A stretch of DNA of 64,000 bases from an uncultured Subdoligranulum sp. (GTDB lineage Bacteria > Bacillota > Clostridia > Christensenellales > CAG-314): positions 16,849 through 80,848 of the forward strand of contig CABUZX010000003.1 of assembly GCA_902496185.1 (NCBI GenBank). Reading direction: 5' to 3'. Below are positions 1 through 10,600 of this stretch, piece by piece (the stretch's first letter is position 1; each line of letters starts with the position of its first letter). The notes beneath the pieces are model-generated. The model saw nothing but the letters and a program-made list of their open reading frames with translations, searched no databases and was not told where the DNA came from. A program made the translations under genes and the position numbers.

Positions 1-233
1 GGAGTATCAATAAGATTGAGCGAATATTCTACGCCTTCGTACTCGTAGTTAATGGTAACGGGCGCAAGCTTAATGGTAATACCCCTTTCGCGCTCTAAAT
101 CCATAGAGTCAAGCAACTGTTCCTCCATATCTCTTTTTTGAACTCTGCCCGTAAACTCTATCAGTCTGTCTGCCAAGGTACTTTTGCCGTGGTCTATATG
201 AGCTATTATGCAAAAATTTCTAATCTGATCCAT
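1..233 (-). CDS. lepA: Elongation factor 4 (LepA) GTPase, N-terminal fragment; the gene runs off the window start
   Basis: Reverse-strand translation from the ATG at 233 gives [29 protein letters not shown]...[15 protein letters not shown]. This carries the G1 motif AHIDHGKST and a LepA-type N-terminus. It is truncated, so it is absent from the ORF track. Confidence 0.9.
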   Translation of the reverse strand, partial: MDQIRNFCIIAHIDHGKSTLADRLIEFTGRVQKRDMEEQLLDSMDLERERGITIKLAPVTINYEYEGVEYSLNLIDT

Positions 234-507
234 TTTATTCATCTTTATATTATACCTAAAATTCTTGATGTAGGCAATGACTTTTGCGCAAAAAATTAGG
301 ATTTTTTGTTTATTAAAAACGTTGACTTATCTAAGGGTATAAAAGTAATTTGTATTTTGTAGTTTTTATAAAAAAGTTGTTTCAAAATCAATTTTAGAGT
401 TGCCTTTTTGGCATAGTTATACTATAATTAAAGATACAATTAAAATATTTTTGTATAAATTTATACTAAATATATTTTAAACAAATCTATTTTTTAAGGA
501 GAAAATT

Positions 508-2313
508 ATGAAACGTATAGGAGCATTTTTATTGGGCATTATCGTCGGTATTATTTTAATTATCGGCGGTATTGCAGTGGCGTTATTCAGTATTTCACCC
601 TCCACTTTCGGCATTGATCTCAACGACGAATGGGTTACCGAAGACAACAAGCAACTCGACAAAACCTCCTTTGCCGATATTATAGCAAGCGGAATAAATA
701 TGCTGTCAAGTGACGAACTGACTTTGCAACAAATACAAAACACGTACGGTATTGATTTGCTTAAAGAACTTGGTCTCGAAGGTGAAAATTATACTTCGCT
801 AAAAAACCAAACTTTGACAAACATAACCAACAATCCTCAAGACGCTTTGTCAGGAGTAAAACTTGCCGACCTTTTAAACGGCAAACTCGGTCAAACTTTT
901 GAATCCATACCCGATTCTCTCAAAGAAATATGGGAAGCCAACGGAATTTCGCTTGGGGATTTGTTTGGCGAAAACGTACTTTCTAAGCTTTTGGCTGGAG
1001 TTAAGTTGTCGGATTTGTCTGAAAGCTTAAAAACCTCGACAGGATTAACAAAAATCATTGCAGATAAAGATTTGGGCACTATTATTGAAGACCTCAAGAA
1101 GGAAAACAATGATTTTATCAAATCTCTTTTTCAAGACGTTTTTGTGGGCGAATTAATCAATTATTCCTTCCTGCAAGAAACCAACACTATTTCAAACTTG
1201 ACTGAAATTGCGCCAGGAGTATATAGCAATGGATTAATTTACTTCCGTTTAAAAGCTAATTCGGAAGAAACAAGATATTACCTTGCAGAACTTAATTGTT
1301 TTGTAGAAAATCATATTCATACGGAGGATTGCTTTAAGCCAGTTTGGAAAGATGCAAACGATGCCGAACCTACCGCTTTGATGAGTACTTTTGCCAGCAT
1401 AGAATTAGATGACCTTTTGAGTGGAAACTTTTCTATAGACGCCGAACTTGAAAATCTTAGAGTCGGAGAAATTCTTGATTATACTTGGGATAGTCTCAAC
1501 GAATATTGGAAGAGCAACGGAAAAGAAGTGAGTGTTTTGCTCAACAATATTTATAGCAAAACAATAAAAGATTTGCAAAACGGTATTGACGTAAACGATA
1601 TGCTTGAAGGCGTAAAGGTAAGCGACGTTATCACAATCAATCAATCCGACCCAATACTTTTGCAAATCATTGCCGACAAAGAAATACTCGACCTTGCTAC
1701 CGAAATAGAACATATTTATTGTGGCGAAATGCAAGAGTTTGAATTGAAAGAAGTCGACGTATCCGCCTACTCTGACCTTACGCCGGGCGTAAAGTTTATA
1801 ACGGAAGGTGGCGTAACATTGTATTCTAAACAACATCACGACGGAAAGTGGTACGAGGCAGAGCAAAACTGCTGGAAAACCGAAGACCACACAACTTCTA
1901 ACGACCATACCGAAATATGCTACGAATTTGTTTGGTACAATTACGATAGTTCCGTTGAAGGCAACTACGTCAAAGTTACTGGTATTGACAAAATTATTGC
2001 AAACTCCACTATCTCCGACTTAAGTATTGACGATATAGTCAAAAAAATAAAGACTTTGCCCTACACCGAAGTAATAACGGAAACCGAGGGCGCGTTTACT
2101 TTAATTGCCCCAACTACCACCATCAACGATTTACCAACAGCATTGACAAACGCCATCAACACTAAATCCGTTGGAGAATTGATGAACGCAGGATTGTTTA
2201 GCTTGTCTACGGAAACTCAAAACATCTTTAACACTACAATCCCCGATTGGAAAAATATGACTGTATCCGAATTTTTGAATACTCTCTCTCAAAAACTCAA
2301 TCAAATTCCGTAA
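508..2313 (+). CDS. Hypothetical membrane-anchored protein (601 aa) with internal repeats
   Basis: SD AAGGAGA lies 7 nt upstream of the ATG. There is one N-terminal TM segment (GAFLLGIIVGIILIIGGIAVALF). Short motifs recur (GVKLADLL, GVKLSDLS, GVKVSDVI) and a Cys-pair module is duplicated. I recognise no family. Confidence 0.75.
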   Translation: MKRIGAFLLGIIVGIILIIGGIAVALFSISPSTFGIDLNDEWVTEDNKQLDKTSFADIIASGINMLSSDELTLQQIQNTYGIDLLKELGLEGENYTSLKNQTLTNITNNPQDALSGVKLADLLNGKLGQTFESIPDSLKEIWEANGISLGDLFGENVLSKLLAGVKLSDLSESLKTSTGLTKIIADKDLGTIIEDLKKENNDFIKSLFQDVFVGELINYSFLQETNTISNLTEIAPGVYSNGLIYFRLKANSEETRYYLAELNCFVENHIHTEDCFKPVWKDANDAEPTALMSTFASIELDDLLSGNFSIDAELENLRVGEILDYTWDSLNEYWKSNGKEVSVLLNNIYSKTIKDLQNGIDVNDMLEGVKVSDVITINQSDPILLQIIADKEILDLATEIEHIYCGEMQEFELKEVDVSAYSDLTPGVKFITEGGVTLYSKQHHDGKWYEAEQNCWKTEDHTTSNDHTEICYEFVWYNYDSSVEGNYVKVTGIDKIIANSTISDLSIDDIVKKIKTLPYTEVITETEGAFTLIAPTTTINDLPTALTNAINTKSVGELMNAGLFSLSTETQNIFNTTIPDWKNMTVSEFLNTLSQKLNQIP

Positions 2314-2331
2314 ATACAACTAAAATATAGC

Positions 2332-2366
2332 AAAAAGCGAACTTCAAAATCGAAGTTCGCTTTTTT
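2332..2366. terminator. Bidirectional intrinsic terminator between the 601-aa gene and clpB
   Basis: Hairpin GCGAACTTC-loop-GAAGTTCGC, flanked by an A-run and a T-run. Confidence 0.8.
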
Positions 2367-2377
2367 ATTAATTGTTT

Positions 2378-4969
2378 TTATGCAAGCGGTTTTGCCGAAA
2401 GTATCAATTCTCCGTTTATCTCGTCAACAGTAACGAGACTGTTGGGAGCAATTTTGTTTGCTATAATTTGTCTTGCAATCAAAGTTTCGACGTGCTGTTG
2501 AATAAATCTTTTTAGCGGTCTTGCGCCAAACGATACGTCAAAGCCGTTTTCTACTATAAACTTTTTTGCTTTGTCCGTAAGCTCTATTTTTAAATTATTG
2601 TCAAGCAGTCTGTTGTTTAAGGACGCGCACATAATATCCACGATTTTATTGACGTCAGACACAGTCAAAGGTTTGTAAAACACTATTTCGTCAAGACGAT
2701 TTAAAAATTCCGGTCTAAAATGCATTTTTAACAGTTCGTTGACTTCGGCAACGGCAGAAGAAGTTAGTTGACCGTTGGCGTCTATATTGTTTAAAATAAC
2801 GTTGCTACCAAGGTTTGAAGTCAAAATTATAACAGTATTTTTAAAGTCCACCGTTCTACCTTGTCCGTCGGTAATTCTTCCGTCGTCAAGTACCTGCAAC
2901 AAAACGTTAAACACGTCGGGATGAGCCTTTTCTATCTCGTCAAAAAGTACCACGCTATACGGTCTACGCCTTACTGCTTCCGTCAGTTGCCCACCCTGAT
3001 CGTAACCGACGTATCCCGGAGGAGCGCCAACGAGACGCGATACGGAAAATTTTTCCATATATTCGCTCATATCTATTCTTACAAGATTTTTTTCGTCGTC
3101 AAACAAGGTAAAAGCAAGAGTTTTGGCAAGTTCTGTTTTGCCTACACCCGTAGGCCCTAAAAACATAAAACTGCCTATCGGTTTGTTTGGGTCTCCTATA
3201 CCAGCGCGACTGCGCAAAATCGCTTCGGCAACCTTGGTGACGGCTTCGTCCTGACCGATAACTCTTTTGTGCAAAATTTCTTCGAGATTAAGCAATTTTT
3301 CGCGCTCGCCCTCCATTAATTTGCTAACGGGAATATTGGTCCACTTGTGTACTATTTTTGCAATTTCCTCCTCGGTAACTTTGTCACGCAACAAGGTAGT
3401 TTCTTCCTTTGCGGACTTTTCAGCCGTTTGCAACTCTTTTTCCAACCGCGGGAGTTGACCGTACTTGAGTTCTGCCGCTTTATTTAAATCGTACTCTCTT
3501 TCGGCTTTTTCTATTTGCTGATTAGTTTCTTTTATTTGTTCACGGAGTTTTGCAAGTTTGCTTATGCTTTGTTTTTCATTTTGCCACCTTGCTTTGTCGG
3601 CGTCAAAATTGGCTTGCAAAACTTCAAGCTCCTTTTGAATATCCTTTAAATGCGCGACGGAAAGTTGGTCGCTTTCCTTTTTTAACGCAGCCTCTTCTAT
3701 TTGCAACTGCATAATTTTGCGACGGACGTCGTCCATTTCGGCAGGCATACTGTCCATTTCCGTTTTAATCATTGCGCAAGCCTCGTCCACCAAATCTAAA
3801 GCCTTGTCGGGCAAAAACCTGTCGCTGATATAGCGGTTGGACAAAGTTGCGGCGGAAATCAATGCAGAGTCGGTAATTTTTACGCCGTGAAACACTTCGT
3901 AACGCTCCTTTACGCCACGCAAAATACTTATCGTGTCTTCTACTGTCGGTTCTGCGACAAAAACGGGTTGAAAACGTCTTTCCAGAGCAGGGTCTTTTTC
4001 AATGTATTCTCTATATTCGTCAAGAGTGGTTGCGCCTATACAATGCAATTCGCCACGGGCAAGCATAGGCTTAAGGATATTTCCTGCGTCCATTGCTCCG
4101 TCCGTTTTGCCCGCCCCAACTATAAGGTGCAATTCGTCAATAAACAGTATTATTTTGCCTTGGCTCTTTTTGACTTCGGACAAAACGGCTTTGAGACGCT
4201 CCTCAAACTCTCCCCTGTATTTTGCGCCCGCCACCAACGCGCCCATATCAAGACTGAAAATTATTCTGTCCTTTAAACCGTTGGGAACGTCGCCACGCAT
4301 AATTCTTTGGGCAAGACCTTCGGCAATAGCCGTTTTGCCTACTCCGGCTTCACCTATGAGCACGGGGTTATTTTTGGTTTTGCGACTGAGTATCATGATG
4401 ACGTTTCTTATTTCGTTTTCACGACCTATTACGGGATCTAATTTTTGTTGTTTTGCCAATTCAACAAGATTTGTGCCGTATTTTTTTAAAACGTCGTAAG
4501 TTGCTTCCGGATTGTCGGTAGTAATATTTACGTTGCCCCTAACAGACGCCAGCGCCTTTAAAAAATCGTCCTTTTTAACTCCAAATTGTTCAAAAAGCTT
4601 TTTTAGAGTTTCGTTAGGTACGTTTATCAACCCCAAAAATAAATGCTCGACGGAGACGTATTCGTCTTTCATTTGCTTTGCGGATTTTTCCGCATTGTCA
4701 AGCGCCTCGTTGAGAGCGTTGTCTACGTACAACTGTACGGAAGAACCGTGCATTTTGGGGAGCGACGATATTATTTTTTCCGTTTCCTTCTTTAAACCTT
4801 GCGCGTCTACGTTGCATTGCTTTAATAACTGAAAGTTAAGGTTATTGTCGTCGCAAATCAAGGCGTACAGCAAATGCGGTTGACCAACGGAAGAATTTCC
4901 GTTTTCACGCGCGAAGCTTTGAGCCTGAGTTAAAGAGGAGATGGAATTTTGCGTAAGATTGTTGTTCAT
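2378..4969 (-). CDS. clpB: ATP-dependent chaperone/disaggregase ClpB
   Basis: 863 aa with two AAA+ modules (GEAGVGKTAI and GPTGVGKTELAKT Walker A motifs). It has a long middle coiled coil and a Clp N domain. SD AGGGGGT is present. Confidence 0.97.
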   Translation of the reverse strand: MNNNLTQNSISSLTQAQSFARENGNSSVGQPHLLYALICDDNNLNFQLLKQCNVDAQGLKKETEKIISSLPKMHGSSVQLYVDNALNEALDNAEKSAKQMKDEYVSVEHLFLGLINVPNETLKKLFEQFGVKKDDFLKALASVRGNVNITTDNPEATYDVLKKYGTNLVELAKQQKLDPVIGRENEIRNVIMILSRKTKNNPVLIGEAGVGKTAIAEGLAQRIMRGDVPNGLKDRIIFSLDMGALVAGAKYRGEFEERLKAVLSEVKKSQGKIILFIDELHLIVGAGKTDGAMDAGNILKPMLARGELHCIGATTLDEYREYIEKDPALERRFQPVFVAEPTVEDTISILRGVKERYEVFHGVKITDSALISAATLSNRYISDRFLPDKALDLVDEACAMIKTEMDSMPAEMDDVRRKIMQLQIEEAALKKESDQLSVAHLKDIQKELEVLQANFDADKARWQNEKQSISKLAKLREQIKETNQQIEKAEREYDLNKAAELKYGQLPRLEKELQTAEKSAKEETTLLRDKVTEEEIAKIVHKWTNIPVSKLMEGEREKLLNLEEILHKRVIGQDEAVTKVAEAILRSRAGIGDPNKPIGSFMFLGPTGVGKTELAKTLAFTLFDDEKNLVRIDMSEYMEKFSVSRLVGAPPGYVGYDQGGQLTEAVRRRPYSVVLFDEIEKAHPDVFNVLLQVLDDGRITDGQGRTVDFKNTVIILTSNLGSNVILNNIDANGQLTSSAVAEVNELLKMHFRPEFLNRLDEIVFYKPLTVSDVNKIVDIMCASLNNRLLDNNLKIELTDKAKKFIVENGFDVSFGARPLKRFIQQHVETLIARQIIANKIAPNSLVTVDEINGELILSAKPLA

Positions 4970-4997
4970 TTTTTTACCCCCTGTTTATTCATATATT

Positions 4998-5648
4998 TTA
5001 TTTTAAAAGTAAATTGTCTTTTTTTAAATTTTTTAAATACTCTATTTCAATAATATTAGATATTTTTTCACCAAAATTAAGGTTTGAAAAATAAAGATTT
5101 AATAGATAATCAAAAGTTTTTATATAATCCGTTATCGCGTTGCCGAGAATTTCGCAATCAAAGACGTCATCTCCTTCAATAAAAAATCTGCGTAAATACC
5201 GCCCGCCGTCTATATTGCAATCAATTTTGCCAAGATATTTTTCCTCCAAAGCCAAAAACAACCAATAAAAATTGTTGATTTCAAATAGTAATTTGGGGTT
5301 TGTGCTCCTTAGACTGACTTTAAGCTCCATCTTTACACCGTCGTCGTAGGCAAACAACTCTATACCGTATTTAACCGTAGGATTGTACCTAAAACTTATT
5401 GCCGAGCATATAGCGGCAAGATTGGGAGATTGTTGCGACACAAATTTGAGCGACTGCGTTTGCTCTACCAACGTCTCCATACACTTAAAAATATTTTCAA
5501 AGCGCTTTTCGGGAGTTTCAAATGAAAGATACTCTGCAAGTATGGTATTGATCATATTGCTCCTGCTTAGCCCCCTTTTGTAAGCTACTTTGTCAAGCAT
5601 ACTAACTAACTGATCGTTTAAAACAAGACTATAAATACTTTTTGACAT
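4998..5648 (-). CDS. Ribbon-helix-helix (CopG/Arc-like) domain protein with an unknown 165-aa C-terminal domain
   Basis: The N-terminus SIYSLVLNDQLVSMLDKVAYKRGLSRSNMINTILAEYL fits the beta-alpha-alpha RHH pattern. An SD is present. The stop is 28 nt upstream of the clpB start, with no hairpin between them. Confidence 0.7.
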   Translation of the reverse strand: MSKSIYSLVLNDQLVSMLDKVAYKRGLSRSNMINTILAEYLSFETPEKRFENIFKCMETLVEQTQSLKFVSQQSPNLAAICSAISFRYNPTVKYGIELFAYDDGVKMELKVSLRSTNPKLLFEINNFYWLFLALEEKYLGKIDCNIDGGRYLRRFFIEGDDVFDCEILGNAITDYIKTFDYLLNLYFSNLNFGEKISNIIEIEYLKNLKKDNLLLK

Positions 5649-5792
5649 TTGTAATTCTTTCCTTTTTCTACATATATATTATACCAACAATCGAAATTTG
5701 TCAACAAAATTATTAATTTTATTTACAAATTATTAAATAATTATAAACATTATTAGCAAATTAAAATTTTTTTGACGTTTTATTAAAAATTG

Positions 5793-5821
5793 TTGCCAAA
5801 AAAAGTTTGTGGTGATACAAT
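5793..5821 (+). promoter_or_regulatory. SigA-type promoter TTGCCA-17-TACAAT, 6 nt upstream of the GNAT ATG
   Basis: The -35 is at 5793-5798 and the -10 at 5816-5821. The ATG is at 5828 and there is no SD between them. Confidence 0.5.
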
Positions 5822-5827
5822 TTTTGC

Positions 5828-6568
5828 ATGAAATTTTTAAAGATCGATAGATGCCAAGCGCAAAAATATTTAGACAAAGTAGGTATTACAGGCGCTAATA
5901 TCAACGGATTTTTGTATGCAAATCCCGACGTTGACCAAATTTTTAGCAACGAAAATTTTTCCGGATTATTAGTTTGCGACAGAGACACCACACTACTACA
6001 TTCCAACGACCAAGAGTTTTTGAGCAACGCGTACGATTTTGTACCTGACACGGCTTTTTTCAGTTGTGTGGAGTACTCTTCTTCTCTATATTTGCAAAAA
6101 ACAAAAGGAGCGGTAATAAACTCTTATTGCCATATTTTGGCGTATTTAAAGGACTTTCCGCCGTCGGATTTGCCTTTAGCCCCAACGGGACTGACTTTAA
6201 AACGCATAGACCTAAAAGATTTAGACGTAATAAACGATTATTACACCTACAAAAGCCCAACCAGTCGCGAACGTCTTGAAAAGGAAATTTCTTCAAGAGA
6301 CAGTAGCGCTTTGTACGACGGCGACAAAATCCTTGCGTGGAATCTTTTGCACAAAGACTATGCAATGGGCGTAATGTTCGTTCCGCCGGAGCAACGTGGC
6401 AAAGGTTACGCGCAGATCGTCGCAGGAGACCTCTTAAAAAAAGTTTTAGCAAAAGGCAAACTCCCCTACGTACAGATAGTTGACGGAAATATAGCAAGTC
6501 TTTCGTTAGCGACAAAGCTCGGTTTTGAAAAAGTTTTTGAAGCTTGTTGGCTAAAAAAACACGATTGA
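5828..6568 (+). CDS. GNAT-family N-acetyltransferase
   Basis: The C-terminal half has the acetyl-CoA motif PEQRGKGYAQ (Q/R-x-x-G-x-G/A), followed by a GNAT-like beta-alpha pattern. Confidence 0.7.
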   Translation: MKFLKIDRCQAQKYLDKVGITGANINGFLYANPDVDQIFSNENFSGLLVCDRDTTLLHSNDQEFLSNAYDFVPDTAFFSCVEYSSSLYLQKTKGAVINSYCHILAYLKDFPPSDLPLAPTGLTLKRIDLKDLDVINDYYTYKSPTSRERLEKEISSRDSSALYDGDKILAWNLLHKDYAMGVMFVPPEQRGKGYAQIVAGDLLKKVLAKGKLPYVQIVDGNIASLSLATKLGFEKVFEACWLKKHD

Positions 6569-6591
6569 CACAACGACGTAAAAACTGAAAC

Positions 6592-6632
6592 AAAAAAGCA
6601 AGTACTGAAAAAAATTTTGTACTTGCTTTTTT
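6592..6632. terminator. Bidirectional intrinsic terminator
   Basis: Hairpin AGCAAGTAC-loop-GTACTTGCT, with an A-run before it and a T-run after it. Confidence 0.8.
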
Positions 6633-6667
6633 ATTGATTTTTTAGCAAAAATTATGCAAAGTTGATA

Positions 6668-7678
6668 TTAAACGAAATAAAAGTTTACGTTTAAAGTCAG
6701 TTGATAAAAAATATAGTCAAGACTCGGAGCTCCGCCGTCAAAAGATGCCATTTGTTCAAGCGCAACGCTAAAAAGTCTTTCCACCTGAAGTTTGCTTTCT
6801 TTTGTTAATTTAGAAAAATCTAATGATTCGTTAAATTCTTTCACTCTATCAACTGCCGTTTTTGTATTTTTGACACACTGCTCAAGCGAAAGTTTAAATA
6901 ATTCTAAAATTGCATCCAACTCTTGCGTTGTTTTGTTGACAGTAAGCTCGGCTTTAACTTTGTCGAAAAGCGCGCCGAAACTATTTTTATAATCTTCTTC
7001 TAAAAAGGAATAACGGTAATCCTTGTTACCCGTTTTTTCAAGCAAAATATTTTCCGTCTCCGATTGCATTTGTTCTATAATGACTTGGATATACTCTGCC
7101 TTTGGCAAATCTTCGTAAACGAGTATTTCAAAAACTGCTTGATATACACGGTAATCTTTCTTGTATGCAAGAGTTATTGAAGTTTGCCCGACGTCGCTAT
7201 TGTCAAAATTTTTTATTATAAGTTGGTCGTAAGGCACCGTAATAGTTTTGCCGTCAACCATTATGCTTGCTTTTACCTGACTTAAATCAGGAAGCTGATT
7301 GACGTGTACTTTTTGCGGAAGAGAATCAGTATCAAGATACAATTCTCCCAAGGCAGGCGTCGTAATAGTAACACTAAAAAAAGCTTTAAGCTTGCCGTAT
7401 ACGACGTAAACCCTATGCGTACCCAAAATTGTGGTATCAAGTTTGCCTATTACAACTTCCGTCAACTCAAGCTGACGTTTTTTGCCGTTTTGTTCAACAT
7501 AAATTTTTATTGCGTCATAATCAAATGATTCGCCTTGCTCTATAGTAAGATTTACTTCGGACGTATCTAAAATCAACTCAGAGGAAAAAAGAAATTCGCA
7601 ACCGACAAAACATACCGTATAAACTATCAAAAGACATACCAAAAAAAACAGTTTATTTAATTTAAACCGCTTATTCAT
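6668..7678 (-). CDS. Putative lipoprotein (336 aa), translationally coupled to the upstream S8 protease
   Basis: A signal peptide with a lipobox-like FVGC is present. The N-terminal half is beta-rich and the C-terminal half helical. Its ATG overlaps the protease TGA (ATGA at 7675-7678). Confidence 0.7.
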   Translation of the reverse strand: MNKRFKLNKLFFLVCLLIVYTVCFVGCEFLFSSELILDTSEVNLTIEQGESFDYDAIKIYVEQNGKKRQLELTEVVIGKLDTTILGTHRVYVVYGKLKAFFSVTITTPALGELYLDTDSLPQKVHVNQLPDLSQVKASIMVDGKTITVPYDQLIIKNFDNSDVGQTSITLAYKKDYRVYQAVFEILVYEDLPKAEYIQVIIEQMQSETENILLEKTGNKDYRYSFLEEDYKNSFGALFDKVKAELTVNKTTQELDAILELFKLSLEQCVKNTKTAVDRVKEFNESLDFSKLTKESKLQVERLFSVALEQMASFDGGAPSLDYIFYQLTLNVNFYFV

Positions 7679-10600
7679 ACGCCACCCCCTATTTTAATCG
7701 GTATGGAAATATTTAAAGCATAATCACAAGCTGAAACTTCCAAAACGGTATTTGAGTTTAAAATATAATCAGTAACGTCAACGCTGATATCTCCAAAAAC
7801 GTTTCTATTGGGAAGCGAACACGGAATATTGACGTATCCTTCGCCAAAAGAAACCTTTATATACATTAATTCAAAATCTTCTTTAACGGAAAGTTGCAAA
7901 TAAACCCTACCGTTTTGTTCCATCAGCGTTAAATTGTTTGCGTCAATTACGGGTGCGCTACCGTCAAGATATATCGAAAACTGTATACTGTTGGCAGTAT
8001 TTGCTTTGTAATATTCCGATTCCGTAGTAAGCCACAAATAAACCGTATCACCTGCCTTTAATTCAGGAAATTCAGCAAGATCAAAAGTAAAACTTATACG
8101 CTCGTATTGCAATTTATGCATACTTTTAAGCGTTCTATAAACTTTGAGTTTTGTACCCATCTGCTCGCCAGATGCCGTTGACGCATACAAATATAAATTT
8201 TTTGACGCCCTTGTAATAGGCAAATCAATATAAGCAATTTTTGTTCTTTCGGTATTTGTATTTAAGGTGCTTAACGAAAGCTTAAACATATCTACGGTTG
8301 ATTCGTCGCCATCCGCCAAATTTTGTCCCAAAACTTTTTTGTTGTTGTCGTAAAGCATTGGCGCTCCTATATAGGTTTGCTGATTCTGCGTGTCAAAAGC
8401 AGAAATATCAATTGACGGAATATCCGACCAATCTCCGTAATATGCAAGCCACGGCAAGCTCAAAGTCTCGCCATCCGCCGTAGACATAGTCAAAAATCCT
8501 TCAACGTAGCATCCGTTAGGATATTTAGAAAGATATTGTTTTGCGCTATTAGACAAAGTGATTTTTACCTTTATGCGATTGATAGAATTTGCCGTAGCCG
8601 TAGTTGTAAATTGCGATTTTTCCACTCCGTCGACAAAAACTACCGCGCTAAAATCAAGGCTATAAGTAGAAGTAGTCATTACAGTGTTGTCCGAAGATAT
8701 TTTTGCCGTATTTACAATAGTTGTCACGGTATAAGTTTTTGAAACTCCACCAAAATTTGTCAATAAAACGTCAAGAGTATATTTTCCACTCCTTGCGATG
8801 TCGTCACCCAACTCAAGCTTGGGTTGGCCCGTAAAGGTTGACTCAAGATAAGCGTTGGCAGAAGTCGCGTTTTTTACGTTGGCAAGACCTGCGCCTTGAT
8901 GTCTTACCGAAGCAACGCTTCCGTCAACAAAATAAACGGGCGTTGCAGTACTTGACAATACGTTTTTGACTACTTGCGCAAGTTGCCTGTCGTCCGCGTT
9001 TTTGTAAGCGTCAAGAGTCTTTAAATATTGTTTTACCAAAGCACAAAGAGCAGATACGTTTGGCGCAGACATACTCGTACCTGAATTATATTCCGTAAAA
9101 GAATTGTTTGAGATATCCTTTTCGTCAATACTTGCGCTCAAAACTTTTCCTCCAAACGCGGTTATTTCCGGCTTTAAGGTAAGGTCGCCGTTTGGCCCCC
9201 ACGAAGAAAAATCAGACATCAAATAACAAGCGTTCGTTTGCGAAAAAGTAATTTGCCCGCCGACGTCCGTTTTGTCAAAAAACTCACCGTCGGTTTTGCT
9301 TACGATAAAACTCGGTATGGCCGATTTGTTTGGATAGTCTATTTCTACCGTATCCATCATAAAGTTTGCAGGGCCGTAAACGTTGTTTATGATAATCATA
9401 CCAACAGCGCCCTGTTCACGAGCTACGTTGTGCTTTGTCGAAAAATTGTCTATCCCCCTGTCTACGACGACAAATTTACCTTTTACGTCCTTGCCGACGT
9501 AATTTTCCACACGACCAAGCCCAACGTAAAGGTAATCATAAGCCACCGTAGGGGTTGTTCCGTCGTTGAAAATTATATCGTCAAATTCATACGTTTTGCT
9601 GTTTTCGTCAACAAACAGCTCGGTAAATACCTTGTTTATGCCGTCTATTAAAATATATTTTGAAGCGTACGCGTTTATTGACGCCACCGCGTAGTTAGAA
9701 ATATAAGATGCCGTACTCGCAAGCAAGCCGTTGTCGGGGTACGCCGAAGACGTGTCGCCCAAAACAGAGCCGTAACCGGAATAATAATCATTGCCCGAAG
9801 CCGAGCAAATAATAACCCCCGCCTCGTAAACTTTAAGCATACACTGGTTAATAAAGGCGTTGCTTTCGCTGTATTCCATACTTAATCCGCTTGCCACTCC
9901 AAGGCTTAAGTTGGCAACGTCCGCCCCAAGCACCGCGCAGTCGCTTAATGCGGACATTATTTCCTCCAAACCAGCGGTTATTGCCTTATCGTCAAAAACT
10001 TTCATCAACGCCAACTGACAATTAGGCGCAACCCCTACCACTGTGTTTGCGTCGTTGCCTCCAACTATTCCGGCAACGTGCATACCGTGACCAGCAGAAG
10101 CAGAAAACACGTCAAAATCTTTACCATCATAATCAAAAGCATAAGGAACTTTATTGTCGTGGTAAACTCCAAAGTGAGCAAGCTCTTCCACTCCTTCCAT
10201 TTGAGAACTGACAAGTTGGTCTTGCTCCCACAAACCTTTTACTTTTTGCGAAGTGAGTTTTACTTTTGTATCCGACAAATCTTGCAAACAATCGTGGTTG
10301 AGATTAAACCCCGTATCAATAACCGCCACCAACATCCCGTCCCCTTTAAAAGGCGTATCGTTTTTGAAAATTCCTTCGTTATTAAGATCGGCGTAATGGT
10401 CGTTGGTAGTTTCAGCGTCGTCAAAATCCGTAGTTGTTTGAAGTTGTTTGGCGCTAAACTCAATATTTGCAAAAACTTTTGTACCCGTTGCGTTTTGTAT
10501 TTGCGGTAAGTCCACTATATCTACCTTTGCGCTTATTCCCACGGTAATATCAACGTAAGTATTGCGTACTTCGCCACCCAAAACGGAAACTATCCCGCTC

